Source of the DNA: an uncultured virus (IMG/VR IMGVR_UViG_2690315617_000001)
Lineage: Duplodnaviria > Heunggongvirae > Uroviricota > Caudoviricetes
Direction: 5' to 3' (one strand)
Virus record (IMG/VR): IMGVR_UViG_2690315617_000001
Length of the DNA: 64,000 nt
Positions 54,453 through 63,515 of this stretch are shown here, piece after piece. A program made the translations under genes and the position numbers. The notes below the pieces were generated by a model. That model had not been told where the DNA came from, did no database searches, and worked only from the letters and a program-made list of their open reading frames with translations. Positions within the stretch are counted from its first letter, which is position 1. The number at the start of each line of letters is the position of its first letter.

Positions 54453-54886
54453 TGACTTCACGTCTGTCCGAAACCACTGGCACTGTCGGCATCCTGAACG
54501 TGGGGGACGGCGACACCAAGCTGTCGTTCGACCCCACCAATCCTGCCGAGCGGATCCGCGCCGCTCGCATCGTGCGCGACATGCTGCGCCGCGGCTATGC
54601 GCTGCTCGTGGAGGTCGAGGTGGACGGCGAGAAGAAGTTCGTTCGCGCCACCGACTTCGACGAAACCGTCTGCGAATACATCGTCGCCGACTTTGACCCC
54701 ATCACGGCTGCTGAGGCCGACGCAGCCGAGGAAGAACGACATGACCAACAAGACCAAGCTCAATCGCGCCCAACGACGACAGCAGGAGCGCCAACAGCGC
54801 CGCGCCGCGGGCGCCCACCAGGCAAGCGCGCAGTCGCGGCCGAGAGCACACGCGCCGTCGTCGTCGCTCCAGTCGCGGGCGGATAG
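54452..54886 (+). CDS. Hypothetical protein with ubiquitin/ThiS-like C-terminal di-glycine
   Basis: Ends GTC GTC GTC GCT CCA GTC GCG GGC GGA TAG = VVVAPVAGG*. Confidence 0.7.
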   Translation: MTSRLSETTGTVGILNVGDGDTKLSFDPTNPAERIRAARIVRDMLRRGYALLVEVEVDGEKKFVRATDFDETVCEYIVADFDPITAAEADAAEEERHDQQDQAQSRPTTTAGAPTAPRRGRPPGKRAVAAESTRAVVVAPVAGG

Positions 54887-55586
54887 CATCGCGCACCTGG
54901 AGCAATTCGACGGCCACGCGTTCCTGCGCAACAAGTTGCGCGAAGTCGCGCATGCCCGTGGTGACTGGGCTGGCATCCCCATGCCACTGGCGGATGAGCG
55001 CCTTGTGGTGGAGCCTCGCTACCCGAACGCCCAGGCTCTGATGGCGATGAGCGGCAAGGCCGAAGAGGTCGACGACAGCGGCGCCAAGCAGGTCAACAGC
55101 TGGTACTGCAGCCGGCGGCGCTGTGACATCGTGGTCTTCCGGCTGCCGGATGGCCGCACCGATTGGGGCGTTGAACGGGCATTCCACTCGCTGCCATTCG
55201 CTCTGAGCACCCTCAACTGCGCAGAGGCTTGGGGTATCGAGCAGGAGAGCAACGCTGTCAATCTGCTCGGCACCCTGGTGAGCCATCGCCAGTTCAAGCA
55301 ATACATGCTGACCGGCATGTTCATCGAGAGCAGCAAGCGCTCCGGTGTGTTCTACCTGTTCCGCCGGCTGCGGCCCACCGTGGCGATCTGCGCCGATGGC
55401 ACCACCACGCGGATCCTGTGCGCGCTTTGCATGCACCCGATCGCCTACTACGCGCGGTCGTGGGCAGGCGCAATGACGCCGACCGATGACGTCGTAGCCC
55501 ACTTGATGCTGATGCGCGGCGACGAGCCGATGTTCTGGCGCCGTTCGACACAGCACCCAGCATGGCGCCCGGAGGCAGGACTGTGA
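54741..55586 (+). CDS. Hypothetical protein with LCMHP and TDD motifs (partner of the GG protein)
   Basis: GAGGAA RBS and ATG 54741, Arg-rich N-terminus; overlaps the upstream gene by 146 nt. Confidence 0.7.
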   Translation: MTNKTKLNRAQRRQQERQQRRAAGAHQASAQSRPRAHAPSSSLQSRADSIAHLEQFDGHAFLRNKLREVAHARGDWAGIPMPLADERLVVEPRYPNAQALMAMSGKAEEVDDSGAKQVNSWYCSRRRCDIVVFRLPDGRTDWGVERAFHSLPFALSTLNCAEAWGIEQESNAVNLLGTLVSHRQFKQYMLTGMFIESSKRSGVFYLFRRLRPTVAICADGTTTRILCALCMHPIAYYARSWAGAMTPTDDVVAHLMLMRGDEPMFWRRSTQHPAWRPEAGL

Positions 55587-55729
55587 TGGGCGTCACCGAC
55601 CGCCACATGGCCCGCGTGTACCTCGCGCAGGCCCGAGCCACGCCGCATGCCGGCTGGCGCGCCACTCTGCTGGGCTGGGCGAAGAAGCGCCGCGTGGCAG
55701 GGCATCGCGGCCAACGGAGCTTGTTCTGA
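55586..55729 (+). CDS. Small basic hypothetical protein
   Basis: TGATG overlaps at both ends; ARVYLAQARA. Confidence 0.55.
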   Translation: MGVTDRHMARVYLAQARATPHAGWRATLLGWAKKRRVAGHRGQRSLF

Positions 55730-56961
55730 TGCGCGCGCACCAATCCACATTCTTCGATGACGGCCAGCGCCTGCAGATGACCGAGAGCATCGAGCTCACG
55801 GTGCAGTCGCTGCAGGCCTACGGGCCCGACCACCCGCACTGGGGCATCGCCTGGTCTGGTGGCAAAGACAGCAGCGCGACGCTGACGATCGTTATCTGGC
55901 TGATCGATACCGGCCGGATCAAGGCACCGAAGACGCTCACCGTCTTCTACGCCGACACGCGACAAGAACTGCCGCCGCTGGCCATCGCCGCCGCCCAGAT
56001 CATGGACGAGCTGCGCGAGCGCGGCATCCAGGTCGAGGTCGTGACGGCGCCGATGGACAAGCGTTTCATGGTCTACATCCTCGGCCGTGGCGTGCCACCG
56101 CCGAACAACAACACGCTGCGCTGGTGCACGCGCCAGATCAAGATCGACCCGATGGAGCAGGCGCTGCGCGATCGCATCGAACAGCTCGAAGGTCAGATCC
56201 TGATGATCACGGGCGTGCGCCAAGGCGAGAGCGCCATCCGCGACCGCCGCATTGAGATGTCGTGCGGCAAGGATGGCGCCGAGTGCGGCCAAGGCTGGTA
56301 TCAGCAGGTGTTGCCCAACGCCAAGGGCCTGCGCGGCCGCCTGGCCACGCTGGCGCCGCTGCTGCACTGGCGCGTGTGCCACGTCTGGGAATGGCTCAAG
56401 CACTGGGCGCCGCAGGCGGAGTTCGGCGACTGGAGCACGGCCATGATCGCCGACGCCTACGGCGGCGACGAGGCGGAAGAGATCAACGCGCGCACGGGGT
56501 GCACGGGCTGCCCGCTGGCTGCCGAAGACACCGCGCTGAACACCGTGCTGCTGCTGCCGAAGTGGAGCCACCTGCAGCCGCTAACCGGCATCAAACCCCT
56601 GTGGCGCGAATTGCGTGAGCCGAAGCACCGGATCAAGAAGGCTGGGCTCGAGCGGCTTAAGGACGGGAGCATCGCGAAGAACCCACAGCGCATGGGGCCG
56701 CTCACGCTCGAAGCCCGTCAGATGGGCCTCGACCGGATCCTCGGCATCCAGGCCGCCTGCAACGACGCGGCCGCGGCGCTGGGCCGCCCGCAGATCAGCC
56801 TGATCAATCCGGAGGAGGAAGCCCGCATCCGCGAGCTGATCGCCGCCGGCACATGGCCCGATGGCTGGGAGGGCGACGAGCCTGCTGCCGACACGGTCAT
56901 GCCCATCGTCTACCAAAACGGCGCCGTGCAGCCTTTGCTGTTTAGTGCGGAGGACGCGTGA
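55729..56961 (+). CDS. PAPS-reductase/DndC-like PP-loop Fe-S enzyme
   Basis: SGGKDS, RWCTRQIKIDP, GVRQGES, RTGCTGC. Confidence 0.85.
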   Translation: MRAHQSTFFDDGQRLQMTESIELTVQSLQAYGPDHPHWGIAWSGGKDSSATLTIVIWLIDTGRIKAPKTLTVFYADTRQELPPLAIAAAQIMDELRERGIQVEVVTAPMDKRFMVYILGRGVPPPNNNTLRWCTRQIKIDPMEQALRDRIEQLEGQILMITGVRQGESAIRDRRIEMSCGKDGAECGQGWYQQVLPNAKGLRGRLATLAPLLHWRVCHVWEWLKHWAPQAEFGDWSTAMIADAYGGDEAEEINARTGCTGCPLAAEDTALNTVLLLPKWSHLQPLTGIKPLWRELREPKHRIKKAGLERLKDGSIAKNPQRMGPLTLEARQMGLDRILGIQAACNDAAAALGRPQISLINPEEEARIRELIAAGTWPDGWEGDEPAADTVMPIVYQNGAVQPLLFSAEDA

Positions 56962-56963
56962 TG

Positions 56964-57218
56964 TCAGGCCAAATTCCACATCGCCATGACCTCGTGCACG
57001 CCGATGCCAGCCAACTTGCGGTAGCCCTGATCTCCGGTCACGCCGCGGATGCCCCAGTTGCAACCACGCTCGTCGGGCTCAGCGAGACGGTGGGGAAGCT
57101 GCACGGTGACCGTGCCCGCATCTTCGGGGTCCCACGATTGCGCAATCCGAGCGTCAAGGCGGCGCTGCACCTCATCGCGGATCTCTTCGGCTGTCTTCAG
57201 CTCTCGTTCGCGGGACAT
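56964..57218 (-). CDS. Antisense accessory hypothetical protein
   Basis: GGAG RBS; EPDERGCNW. Confidence 0.6.
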   Translation of the reverse strand: MSRERELKTAEEIRDEVQRRLDARIAQSWDPEDAGTVTVQLPHRLAEPDERGCNWGIRGVTGDQGYRKLAGIGVHEVMAMWNLA

Positions 57219-57257
57219 AGGGGTCTCCTCAGAGTGGAGCCCGAAGTATCGCGCGGC

Positions 57258-57500
57258 TCAATCCTCAAGGTCGAACTGCATCTGCAGTTGGCGAATGATC
57301 CGCGCAATGTCCGGCCGGTGGGTGGCGCGGTCGGTCAACACCGGAACGGTCCAGTTCGGCTCGCCGTCGCTGCCGCCGCCGGTACCCACGACTCCGCCGC
57401 GGTGAACGTCGGTCACCTGACCACGCAGATCCGGGACGGCCTCGATGCGCTCAAGCAGCAGCTGATGCAGCTGCTTGGCGGTGCGGGTGGGCTTGGGCAT
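57258..57500 (-). CDS. Antisense accessory hypothetical protein
   Basis: MPKPTRTAKQL...DGEPNW...LQMQFDL. Confidence 0.65.
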   Translation of the reverse strand: MPKPTRTAKQLHQLLLERIEAVPDLRGQVTDVHRGGVVGTGGGSDGEPNWTVPVLTDRATHRPDIARIIRQLQMQFDLED

Positions 57501-57509
57501 CTTCGCCTA

Positions 57510-57815
57510 TCAGATCTTCACTTCGCGTTGAAAACCGCCATCGCGCGGCGTGAGGTGTTGCACGGCCATCTGCATGCCTTGCTCAAACGCGCGGTTCAGA
57601 GAGTTGGCGCGGTGCTGGCTCGGCACGTCGAACAGCCTGGCCTTCTGGCCATCAGGCGCTATCAAGTAGACGTGGAAAGGCCAGTTGTCGTGGGTCACGT
57701 CGTACCCGGACACCACCTCGATCTTCGTGCCCTTGTATTCGCCTTCCAGCACGTTGCGCGGACCCGTTGCCGTCTGTATTGGCTTCTTGATATCAGGGTG
57801 CATTTCAGTCTCCAT
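57510..57815 (-). CDS. Antisense accessory hypothetical protein
   Basis: 101-aa ORF; alternative ATG 57803 with GGAG RBS. Confidence 0.6.
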   Translation of the reverse strand: METEMHPDIKKPIQTATGPRNVLEGEYKGTKIEVVSGYDVTHDNWPFHVYLIAPDGQKARLFDVPSQHRANSLNRAFEQGMQMAVQHLTPRDGGFQREVKI

Positions 57816-57832
57816 TTTGTGAGGACCGCAGT

Positions 57833-58033
57833 ATGAACCTCCTCGACACCTCCCCCGACCGCGTGCGCGCAGCGCAGATCCAGCACGTGCAGATGGACCT
57901 GCAGCGCCTCGTGGACTACGCCCGGGCCCACGGCCTGGTGCTCACCGTCTGGCTCGAATCGCATCAGCCGCCGGCGATGGGTGGTTACGACATGCGCTCC
58001 GAAGTTCGGGAGGCCCGCCATGGCGCCGCCTGA
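57833..58033 (+). CDS. Hypothetical protein
   Basis: GAGGA RBS; QPPAMGGYDM. Confidence 0.6.
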   Translation: MNLLDTSPDRVRAAQIQHVQMDLQRLVDYARAHGLVLTVWLESHQPPAMGGYDMRSEVREARHGAA

Positions 58034-58841
58034 AGTCATCAGCACCACGCCTCTGCGCGTGCACGAGGTATCGCCTGTGGCCGATGTTGTGCGGAAATCG
58101 CCCGGGAGCGATGCGCCGCGCGAGCGCCCCATTCTTTTCTCGGCGCCCATGGTGCGCGCGCTGCTCGACGGCACGAAGACGCAGACGCGCCGCGTGGTCA
58201 AAGGGCTGAGCGACAAGATGTGGATCGAGGCAACTGCGGCCGATGGCTTCGCGGTCTGCTACGACAGCGAGCCATCCTGCGGCACCGGCACCTGGGAAGT
58301 CACTGAGCATTCGCAACCCATCACCTGCCCGTATGGTCTGCCCGGCGACCGGCTGTGGGTCAAAGAGACGTGGCGCACTGCTGCCTCGCTGGATGGGAAG
58401 TCACCATCATCCATCGCCATGTCCTGCATTGATGCGGGATACCGCAAGCCATGGGCGCCCTTGGCATACGAGGCTGACGGGCACCGCAACAGCGAGTGGC
58501 GCGGGTTCGAGCTCAATGGAGAGGCCGAGCCGGGCAAGACCCGCGTGAGCATCCACATGCCCCGCTGGGCCAGCCGCATCGACCTCGAAGTCACCAGCGT
58601 GCGTGTCGAGCGTCTGCAGGACATCAGTGAAGAAGACGCGCGCGCCGAGGGCATAAGCGCTCATCGCAAGGGCGGCTGGCACTGGGAACAACCGCCGGCC
58701 GGCATCGAAGGCACCAACCACTTCGGTTTCAAGACGGCACGCGATGCCTACCGCGCGCTGTGGGAGCAGATCAACGGCGCCGGCAGCTGGGCCGCCAACC
58801 CATGGGTCTGGGTGGTCGAGTTCCGGAGGATCCGGCCATGA
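58020..58841 (+). CDS. ASCH/PUA-like conserved phage protein
   Basis: ERPILFSAPMVRALLDGTKTQTRR...SIHMPRWASRI...NPWVWVVEF. Confidence 0.85.
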   Translation: MAPPEVISTTPLRVHEVSPVADVVRKSPGSDAPRERPILFSAPMVRALLDGTKTQTRRVVKGLSDKMWIEATAADGFAVCYDSEPSCGTGTWEVTEHSQPITCPYGLPGDRLWVKETWRTAASLDGKSPSSIAMSCIDAGYRKPWAPLAYEADGHRNSEWRGFELNGEAEPGKTRVSIHMPRWASRIDLEVTSVRVERLQDISEEDARAEGISAHRKGGWHWEQPPAGIEGTNHFGFKTARDAYRALWEQINGAGSWAANPWVWVVEFRRIRP

Positions 58842-59056
58842 AGCGCTTCCGCTGGACCCGCGCGAAGTATCGACATGCCGCCCACCTGGCGCGGTTCTTC
58901 GCCCGATTCATCTACTGCCTTCCCGACGAGAAGCCAGCGCTGCTCGAACGCTACTTCGATCTGTGGGAACGGCGTCCCCAGTCGGAAGACCCTCTGCTGA
59001 CACCGCTGTGGATTCGCCGGGATCGCTTCAAGAGCGATGACGGCATCCCGTTCTAG
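58838..59056 (+). CDS. Hypothetical protein
   Basis: GGAGG RBS, ATGA overlap, ends DDGIPF. Confidence 0.55.
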   Translation: MKRFRWTRAKYRHAAHLARFFARFIYCLPDEKPALLERYFDLWERRPQSEDPLLTPLWIRRDRFKSDDGIPF

Positions 59057-59067
59057 GAGCCGATGCC

Positions 59068-59298
59068 ATGACCACACCAGGATTCGGCGCCTTCTCCAGC
59101 GCGGTGGCGCGCGCCAAGGCGGACATCTTCCGCCGCCACTTCGACCCCGCAACGCTGCGCCCTGCCGAGACCGTGAAGGCCTCTATGCAGTGCGTCCGTT
59201 GCGGCGGACTTCTTACGTACACCGCCAGCGCGGTCGACGGCCGGATGACTGGCCGCTGCTCGAGCGCGGGCTGCCTCCAATGGAAGGACCTTGCATGA
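59068..59298 (+). CDS. Small zinc-finger protein
   Basis: CVRCGG...GRCSSAGCLQW. Confidence 0.65.
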   Translation: MTTPGFGAFSSAVARAKADIFRRHFDPATLRPAETVKASMQCVRCGGLLTYTASAVDGRMTGRCSSAGCLQWKDLA

Positions 59299-59573
59299 CC
59301 TCCGAATCCCACCCCACCCCCTCCAGAGAGACTGCAGAGATTGCAGGGCAATGGCAGCCGATTGAGACGGCGCCAAAGGATGGAACAAGCATCCTTCTCT
59401 ATACATCCGAAGGGATCATCGAAGGATATTGGTCCCACAACGATTGGGAGCAATCACCTTGCCATGCCACATATGACGGGTGTGGTGGCGTTGCAATCAA
59501 TTGCCGCCCAACGCACTGGATGCCCCTCCCAGCCCCGCCAACTATCGCCTGCGCCACTGGGGGACAGCAATGA
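59295..59573 (+). CDS. DUF551-domain protein
   Basis: WQPIETAPKDGT...PTHWMPLPAPP. Confidence 0.85.
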   Translation: MTSESHPTPSRETAEIAGQWQPIETAPKDGTSILLYTSEGIIEGYWSHNDWEQSPCHATYDGCGGVAINCRPTHWMPLPAPPTIACATGGQQ

Positions 59574-59785
59574 CCCGCATCCGCTTTCAAGAAGTCGCCA
59601 TCAAAGCAACTCGCCGTTGGGTGGATGCAGATGGAAAGAAGCGCCAAGAGACGCAGAAGTTCTGGCAGACCATCTCGCCATTTAACAAGCGCCCGGACGG
59701 TACTTTGAAGACCGAAGCGGACATCGAACGCGAGATCACGGCGCAACGTGACGCATGGCTCGCCACTGGAGACCAGCAATCATGA
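59570..59785 (+). CDS. Hypothetical protein
   Basis: QKFWQTISPFNK. Confidence 0.6.
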   Translation: MTRIRFQEVAIKATRRWVDADGKKRQETQKFWQTISPFNKRPDGTLKTEADIEREITAQRDAWLATGDQQS

Positions 59786-59821
59786 CCACCAACGCGTTTC
59801 AAACTGAATAAGGCAGCAAAA

Positions 59822-60574
59822 ATGAAGATCGACGAAAACGTCATGGCCGTGCTGAGCGTGGCCCAAGTTCTTGGCAATGATGTTGTGCTCACCGGTCAGC
59901 TTGATCGCAAGCTGTACGAGAAGACCAACAAAGTGCTGGAGGCCGCTGGCGGCAAGTGGAACCGCAAGGCAAAGGCCCATGTGTTTGACACCGACGCTGC
60001 CACGCGTATCGACCAGATGTTGCTGTCCGGCGAGGTTGACGTGCCGAAGGACGAATTCAACTTCTTTCCGACGCCGCCGGCCGTCGTGAAGAAGCTGATT
60101 GCACTGGCCGGCATCTGTCCCGGCATGACCGTCCTTGAGCCCAGTGCGGGCACTGGCGCTATCGCTTGGCCCTGCGCAGCCGCCGGGGCAAAGGTGGATT
60201 GCTACGAAATCCAGCAGGGGAACGCTTTCACGCTGGCGATGAGTGCTCCGCATGAACTTGGCCGCACATCAGTGGCTGATTTCTTGGGGGTCGATCCTGA
60301 GCCGATCTATGACCGCGTGGTGATGAACCCACCGTTCCTAAAGCAGTCGGACATCAAGCACGTCACGCACGCGCTCAAGTTTCTCAAGCCAGGTGGTCTG
60401 CTGGTGGCTGTGATGTCGGCGGGCGTCGTATTCCGCAACGATGCGCGCACGGCTGAGTTTCGCGCGCTCGTAGACACGCGCGGCGGCCACATCGAAGCGT
60501 TGCCCGAGAACTCCTTCAAGGAATCTGGGACCGGTGTGAATACCGTGGTTGCTGTGATCCCGGAGGCATCATGA
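59822..60574 (+). CDS. DNA N6-adenine methyltransferase (gamma-type motif order)
   Basis: FFPTP, LEPSAGTG, MNPPF, FKESGT. Confidence 0.88.
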   Translation: MKIDENVMAVLSVAQVLGNDVVLTGQLDRKLYEKTNKVLEAAGGKWNRKAKAHVFDTDAATRIDQMLLSGEVDVPKDEFNFFPTPPAVVKKLIALAGICPGMTVLEPSAGTGAIAWPCAAAGAKVDCYEIQQGNAFTLAMSAPHELGRTSVADFLGVDPEPIYDRVVMNPPFLKQSDIKHVTHALKFLKPGGLLVAVMSAGVVFRNDARTAEFRALVDTRGGHIEALPENSFKESGTGVNTVVAVIPEAS

Positions 60575-61752
60575 CCACCAACGACAAGACTGTAGGGGAT
60601 GAGCGCGACGCGCTGATGCGGCTCATGGAACTTGCCGATGACTACGCATTGGCATTCCGCGCTATGGAGTGCGTGACCGACAACAGCGACAGTGACGAAG
60701 AACGCTCAGCACTTGAAGAAGCTCTGCGCGCCTCCCTCACCACCCCCAGCAAAGAGCCGGCCGGGGCGGTGGCAGCCGAGCGCGAGGCGTTTGAGGCCTG
60801 GTTCTGCGAGGAAGGAGACTATGAGCCGGAATGGCTGTTCGGCCGCGAAACATCGGCCGGCTGGTCGTACAGCAACGCGGACACCGAGAACATGTGGCAG
60901 GCCTACGCCAAGGGGCGCATGGATGAGCGCGCAGCCCTGGCCACACCTGGGGCCGCTATCGATGCGCGCGAGCAGGAGGACGCATACAGCGATCCAACCT
61001 GCCAACGGGCGCAGGCGCTCAACCGCGCATGGGATGCTGGCTTCGAAGCGGGGCAAAAGGTCTCCCCTGCGGTCGATGCGGGGGAGAAGGAGGCGCTGGT
61101 GCAGATCTCAGGCCTTCTGTCCTCGATGTTCGTGAGTGCTCGCGCGCATGTCCGGGGCGAAGACGAAGAGGTTGTCGGATACACGGTGCGCACTGGCGCA
61201 CTGCACAAAATCGTCGGGCTGCTGGCCTCGTACAAGCCGGTAATCATCCCGTCGAACCTGCCCACGGCGCACGAGACGATCACCGGCATCCTCACGGGCA
61301 CATCAGACTCGCGCGAGGAAGCACCAACAGCGAGCGCGCATGAGCCGTGGCAGCACGTCGCAAACGAATGGGCGGACATGGCGACCAACGCCATGCAGGG
61401 CGTTCGCAACATCATCGACGGCATCACGAAACCCGAAGATGTCATCGCGAACCTGAATTTCTGCTATTCGCACTGCGCTGAGGTGCAGTCTCGCGCAAAG
61501 CTCCCCGCAACGGTGGCGCAGCCGGTGGCAGATGAAGTGAAGCGCCTCCGCGAGGCCCTGCAGTTCTACGCGGACGGCAACCACTTCACCCAGCACCAGC
61601 CCGACGCCTGGGATACGGTGAGCGGCGAGCCGTCTAACTTCTACGAGGACGAATCCAATACCGCAACCGTCGAAGATGGCTCAGTGGCAAAGATGGCCCT
61701 CGCCGCCCAGCCCTGCCCCTCTCAGGGATGCGCCAAGGAGGGGGATAAATGA
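60571..61752 (+). CDS. Mosaic hypothetical protein
   Basis: GGAGG RBS; modular EREAFEAW-type segments. Confidence 0.65.
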   Translation: MTTNDKTVGDERDALMRLMELADDYALAFRAMECVTDNSDSDEERSALEEALRASLTTPSKEPAGAVAAEREAFEAWFCEEGDYEPEWLFGRETSAGWSYSNADTENMWQAYAKGRMDERAALATPGAAIDAREQEDAYSDPTCQRAQALNRAWDAGFEAGQKVSPAVDAGEKEALVQISGLLSSMFVSARAHVRGEDEEVVGYTVRTGALHKIVGLLASYKPVIIPSNLPTAHETITGILTGTSDSREEAPTASAHEPWQHVANEWADMATNAMQGVRNIIDGITKPEDVIANLNFCYSHCAEVQSRAKLPATVAQPVADEVKRLREALQFYADGNHFTQHQPDAWDTVSGEPSNFYEDESNTATVEDGSVAKMALAAQPCPSQGCAKEGDK

Positions 61753-62189
61753 AGCTCACCAAGGCACAACGCGCCACATTGCGCGAGATGTTCGACGGCC
61801 AGTGCGCCTACTGCGGCTGTGACCTCAGTGTTCGATGGCACGCGGATCACGTTGAGCCAGTAACCAGAGAGTTGCTTTCCAAGCAAACAGAACGAGGGAC
61901 ATGGAAGCTTATTTCTGGGAAGCCACTGCACCCGGAGAGAGATTGCATTGAGAACCTAATGCCGGCCTGCGCACCTTGCAACATCGACAAACACGCGATG
62001 ACACTAGAAGAATGGCGCACGAAGCTCTCGCGCACTCTGATCGTATTAGATCGTGACTACCCTACCTATCGCCATGCGGTGCGCTTCGGCCTCGTGCAGG
62101 AAACAGGTGCCGAGGTCACGTTCCACTTTGAACGCCGCGCCGCTCTCAAGGGCGCTACTCCTGGCGGGGAGGGAGCGAGCAATGGCTGA
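61749..62189 (+). CDS. HNH endonuclease
   Basis: CAYCG...WHADH...NLMPACAPCNIDK. Confidence 0.88.
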   Translation: MKLTKAQRATLREMFDGQCAYCGCDLSVRWHADHVEPVTRELLSKQTERGTWKLISGKPLHPERDCIENLMPACAPCNIDKHAMTLEEWRTKLSRTLIVLDRDYPTYRHAVRFGLVQETGAEVTFHFERRAALKGATPGGEGASNG

Positions 62190-62634
62190 GATCACCTCTT
62201 CAATCAAAGAAGCATTCATGCACGCAGCGCCAGAGCACCACAGCCTGTACGAGTTCTCGGGAAACATCGCCGATGTGAACACGATGCTCGTCGGTCGCGA
62301 TGAACTGCGCGCCCTCCAAGCAGCCATAAAGGACAGGGATGCGGAGATTGAGAGGCTGAAGAAGGATGCACAGCAAGCATCCGCGCCGAAAGCGCTGGTG
62401 ATCTGCGGAGAAAACCCGACACCAATCGATGCTGATCTTGTTGGCTGCGGCACGTCAATTGACCGGCTGCAGGATGTATACCGCTGCACCGACTGTGGCG
62501 TCCCCTTTCATCGCGCATGCGCGATACGACATTTTGTAAGCGACACACCAGAGCATTCTGCAGAAGTCTTTAAAGAACAACTGCGACGGGTGGACGCCAT
62601 CGACGCCATGGGAAAGGACGGAGCACATGACTGA
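62182..62634 (+). CDS. Hypothetical protein with zinc finger
   Basis: YRCTDCGVPFHRACAIRHF. Confidence 0.6.
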   Translation: MAEITSSIKEAFMHAAPEHHSLYEFSGNIADVNTMLVGRDELRALQAAIKDRDAEIERLKKDAQQASAPKALVICGENPTPIDADLVGCGTSIDRLQDVYRCTDCGVPFHRACAIRHFVSDTPEHSAEVFKEQLRRVDAIDAMGKDGAHD

Positions 62635-62884
62635 CAAAAAAAAGATGATCTCCCAGGCCGACGCCGAGCTGCTCGCGCGCAAGGTGCTGCAGCAGTTCGT
62701 GAACGACTGCCACTGCCAAAGCGAGCAGGACATCGCCAACGTTCTCATGAAGGCATGCAGCGTGGCCGGCGTGATGATGGTCGCAACGGTGGGACAGAAC
62801 GAGGCGTTCGACCGACTCTATGGCACGGCCGCCTTCATTGCACAGCAGAACTTCGGCACCTTCAAGAAGGAGAAGCTTCAATGA
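62627..62884 (+). CDS. Hypothetical protein
   Basis: GGAG RBS, 85 aa. Confidence 0.6.
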   Translation: MTDKKKMISQADAELLARKVLQQFVNDCHCQSEQDIANVLMKACSVAGVMMVATVGQNEAFDRLYGTAAFIAQQNFGTFKKEKLQ

Positions 62885-63105
62885 CTACCACCGAAGCCTT
62901 CGATACAGGCCTGCGCGCAGAGTTTGAGGCATGGAAGCGCACTAAAAACGATGGCTATGACGCATGGGATGCTGTCCTCTGGGCCACTGAGCGCGCAGCA
63001 AAGATCGCGGACGAGAAAGCAGAGCACATCAATTCCCGCTGGATCGCGCTCGACATTGCTGCTGCCATCAGAGCGAGCGGCGGGAAGGGGGCGAGCGATG
63101 TCTGA
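62881..63105 (+). CDS. Hypothetical protein
   Basis: ERAAKIAD...IAAAIRA ending. Confidence 0.6.
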   Translation: MTTTEAFDTGLRAEFEAWKRTKNDGYDAWDAVLWATERAAKIADEKAEHINSRWIALDIAAAIRASGGKGASDV

Positions 63106-63454
63106 CAAGATCGTTGCGTTCCCAGGTGCTGAGCCGTTGCCCGAGAACCCCATCACAGTCGAGCGCGAGGGGTACAGGTACTGCGCGCACGACCGGATCA
63201 CCCTTGATGAGCATGTGCGCACCGTGCGCTGCACCGACTGCGGGAAGGTGTTCGAGCCCTTCGATTACCTGCTCAGCAACGCCCTGTCGATTCAACGCGC
63301 GTGGTTGTCTCACAAAGAGGTCATGCGCAAGGCCAGTGAGAAGGCCGAGACAGTCGAGGCGCTCACCAAGGAAGAGAAACGCCTGAAGGCTCGCGTGAAG
63401 CTCCTGAAGGAGAAGGCCGAGCCGAGCATCGACATCAAGGGGAAATGGCTATGA
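63098..63454 (+). CDS. Zinc-ribbon coiled-coil protein
   Basis: CAHDRITLDEHVRTVRCTDCGK. Confidence 0.65.
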   Translation: MSDKIVAFPGAEPLPENPITVEREGYRYCAHDRITLDEHVRTVRCTDCGKVFEPFDYLLSNALSIQRAWLSHKEVMRKASEKAETVEALTKEEKRLKARVKLLKEKAEPSIDIKGKWL

Positions 63455-63515
63455 GCGCCGAACACATCGTCCGCGCTGCTGCCGAGACATCCAGAGATAG
63501 GGGGAGCGACCACAA

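Noticed and set aside
55729..56961. Complete Dnd phosphorothioation or sulfate assimilation operon
   Set aside because: No dndA/B/D/E or cys genes in the window; only the PP-loop enzyme is present.
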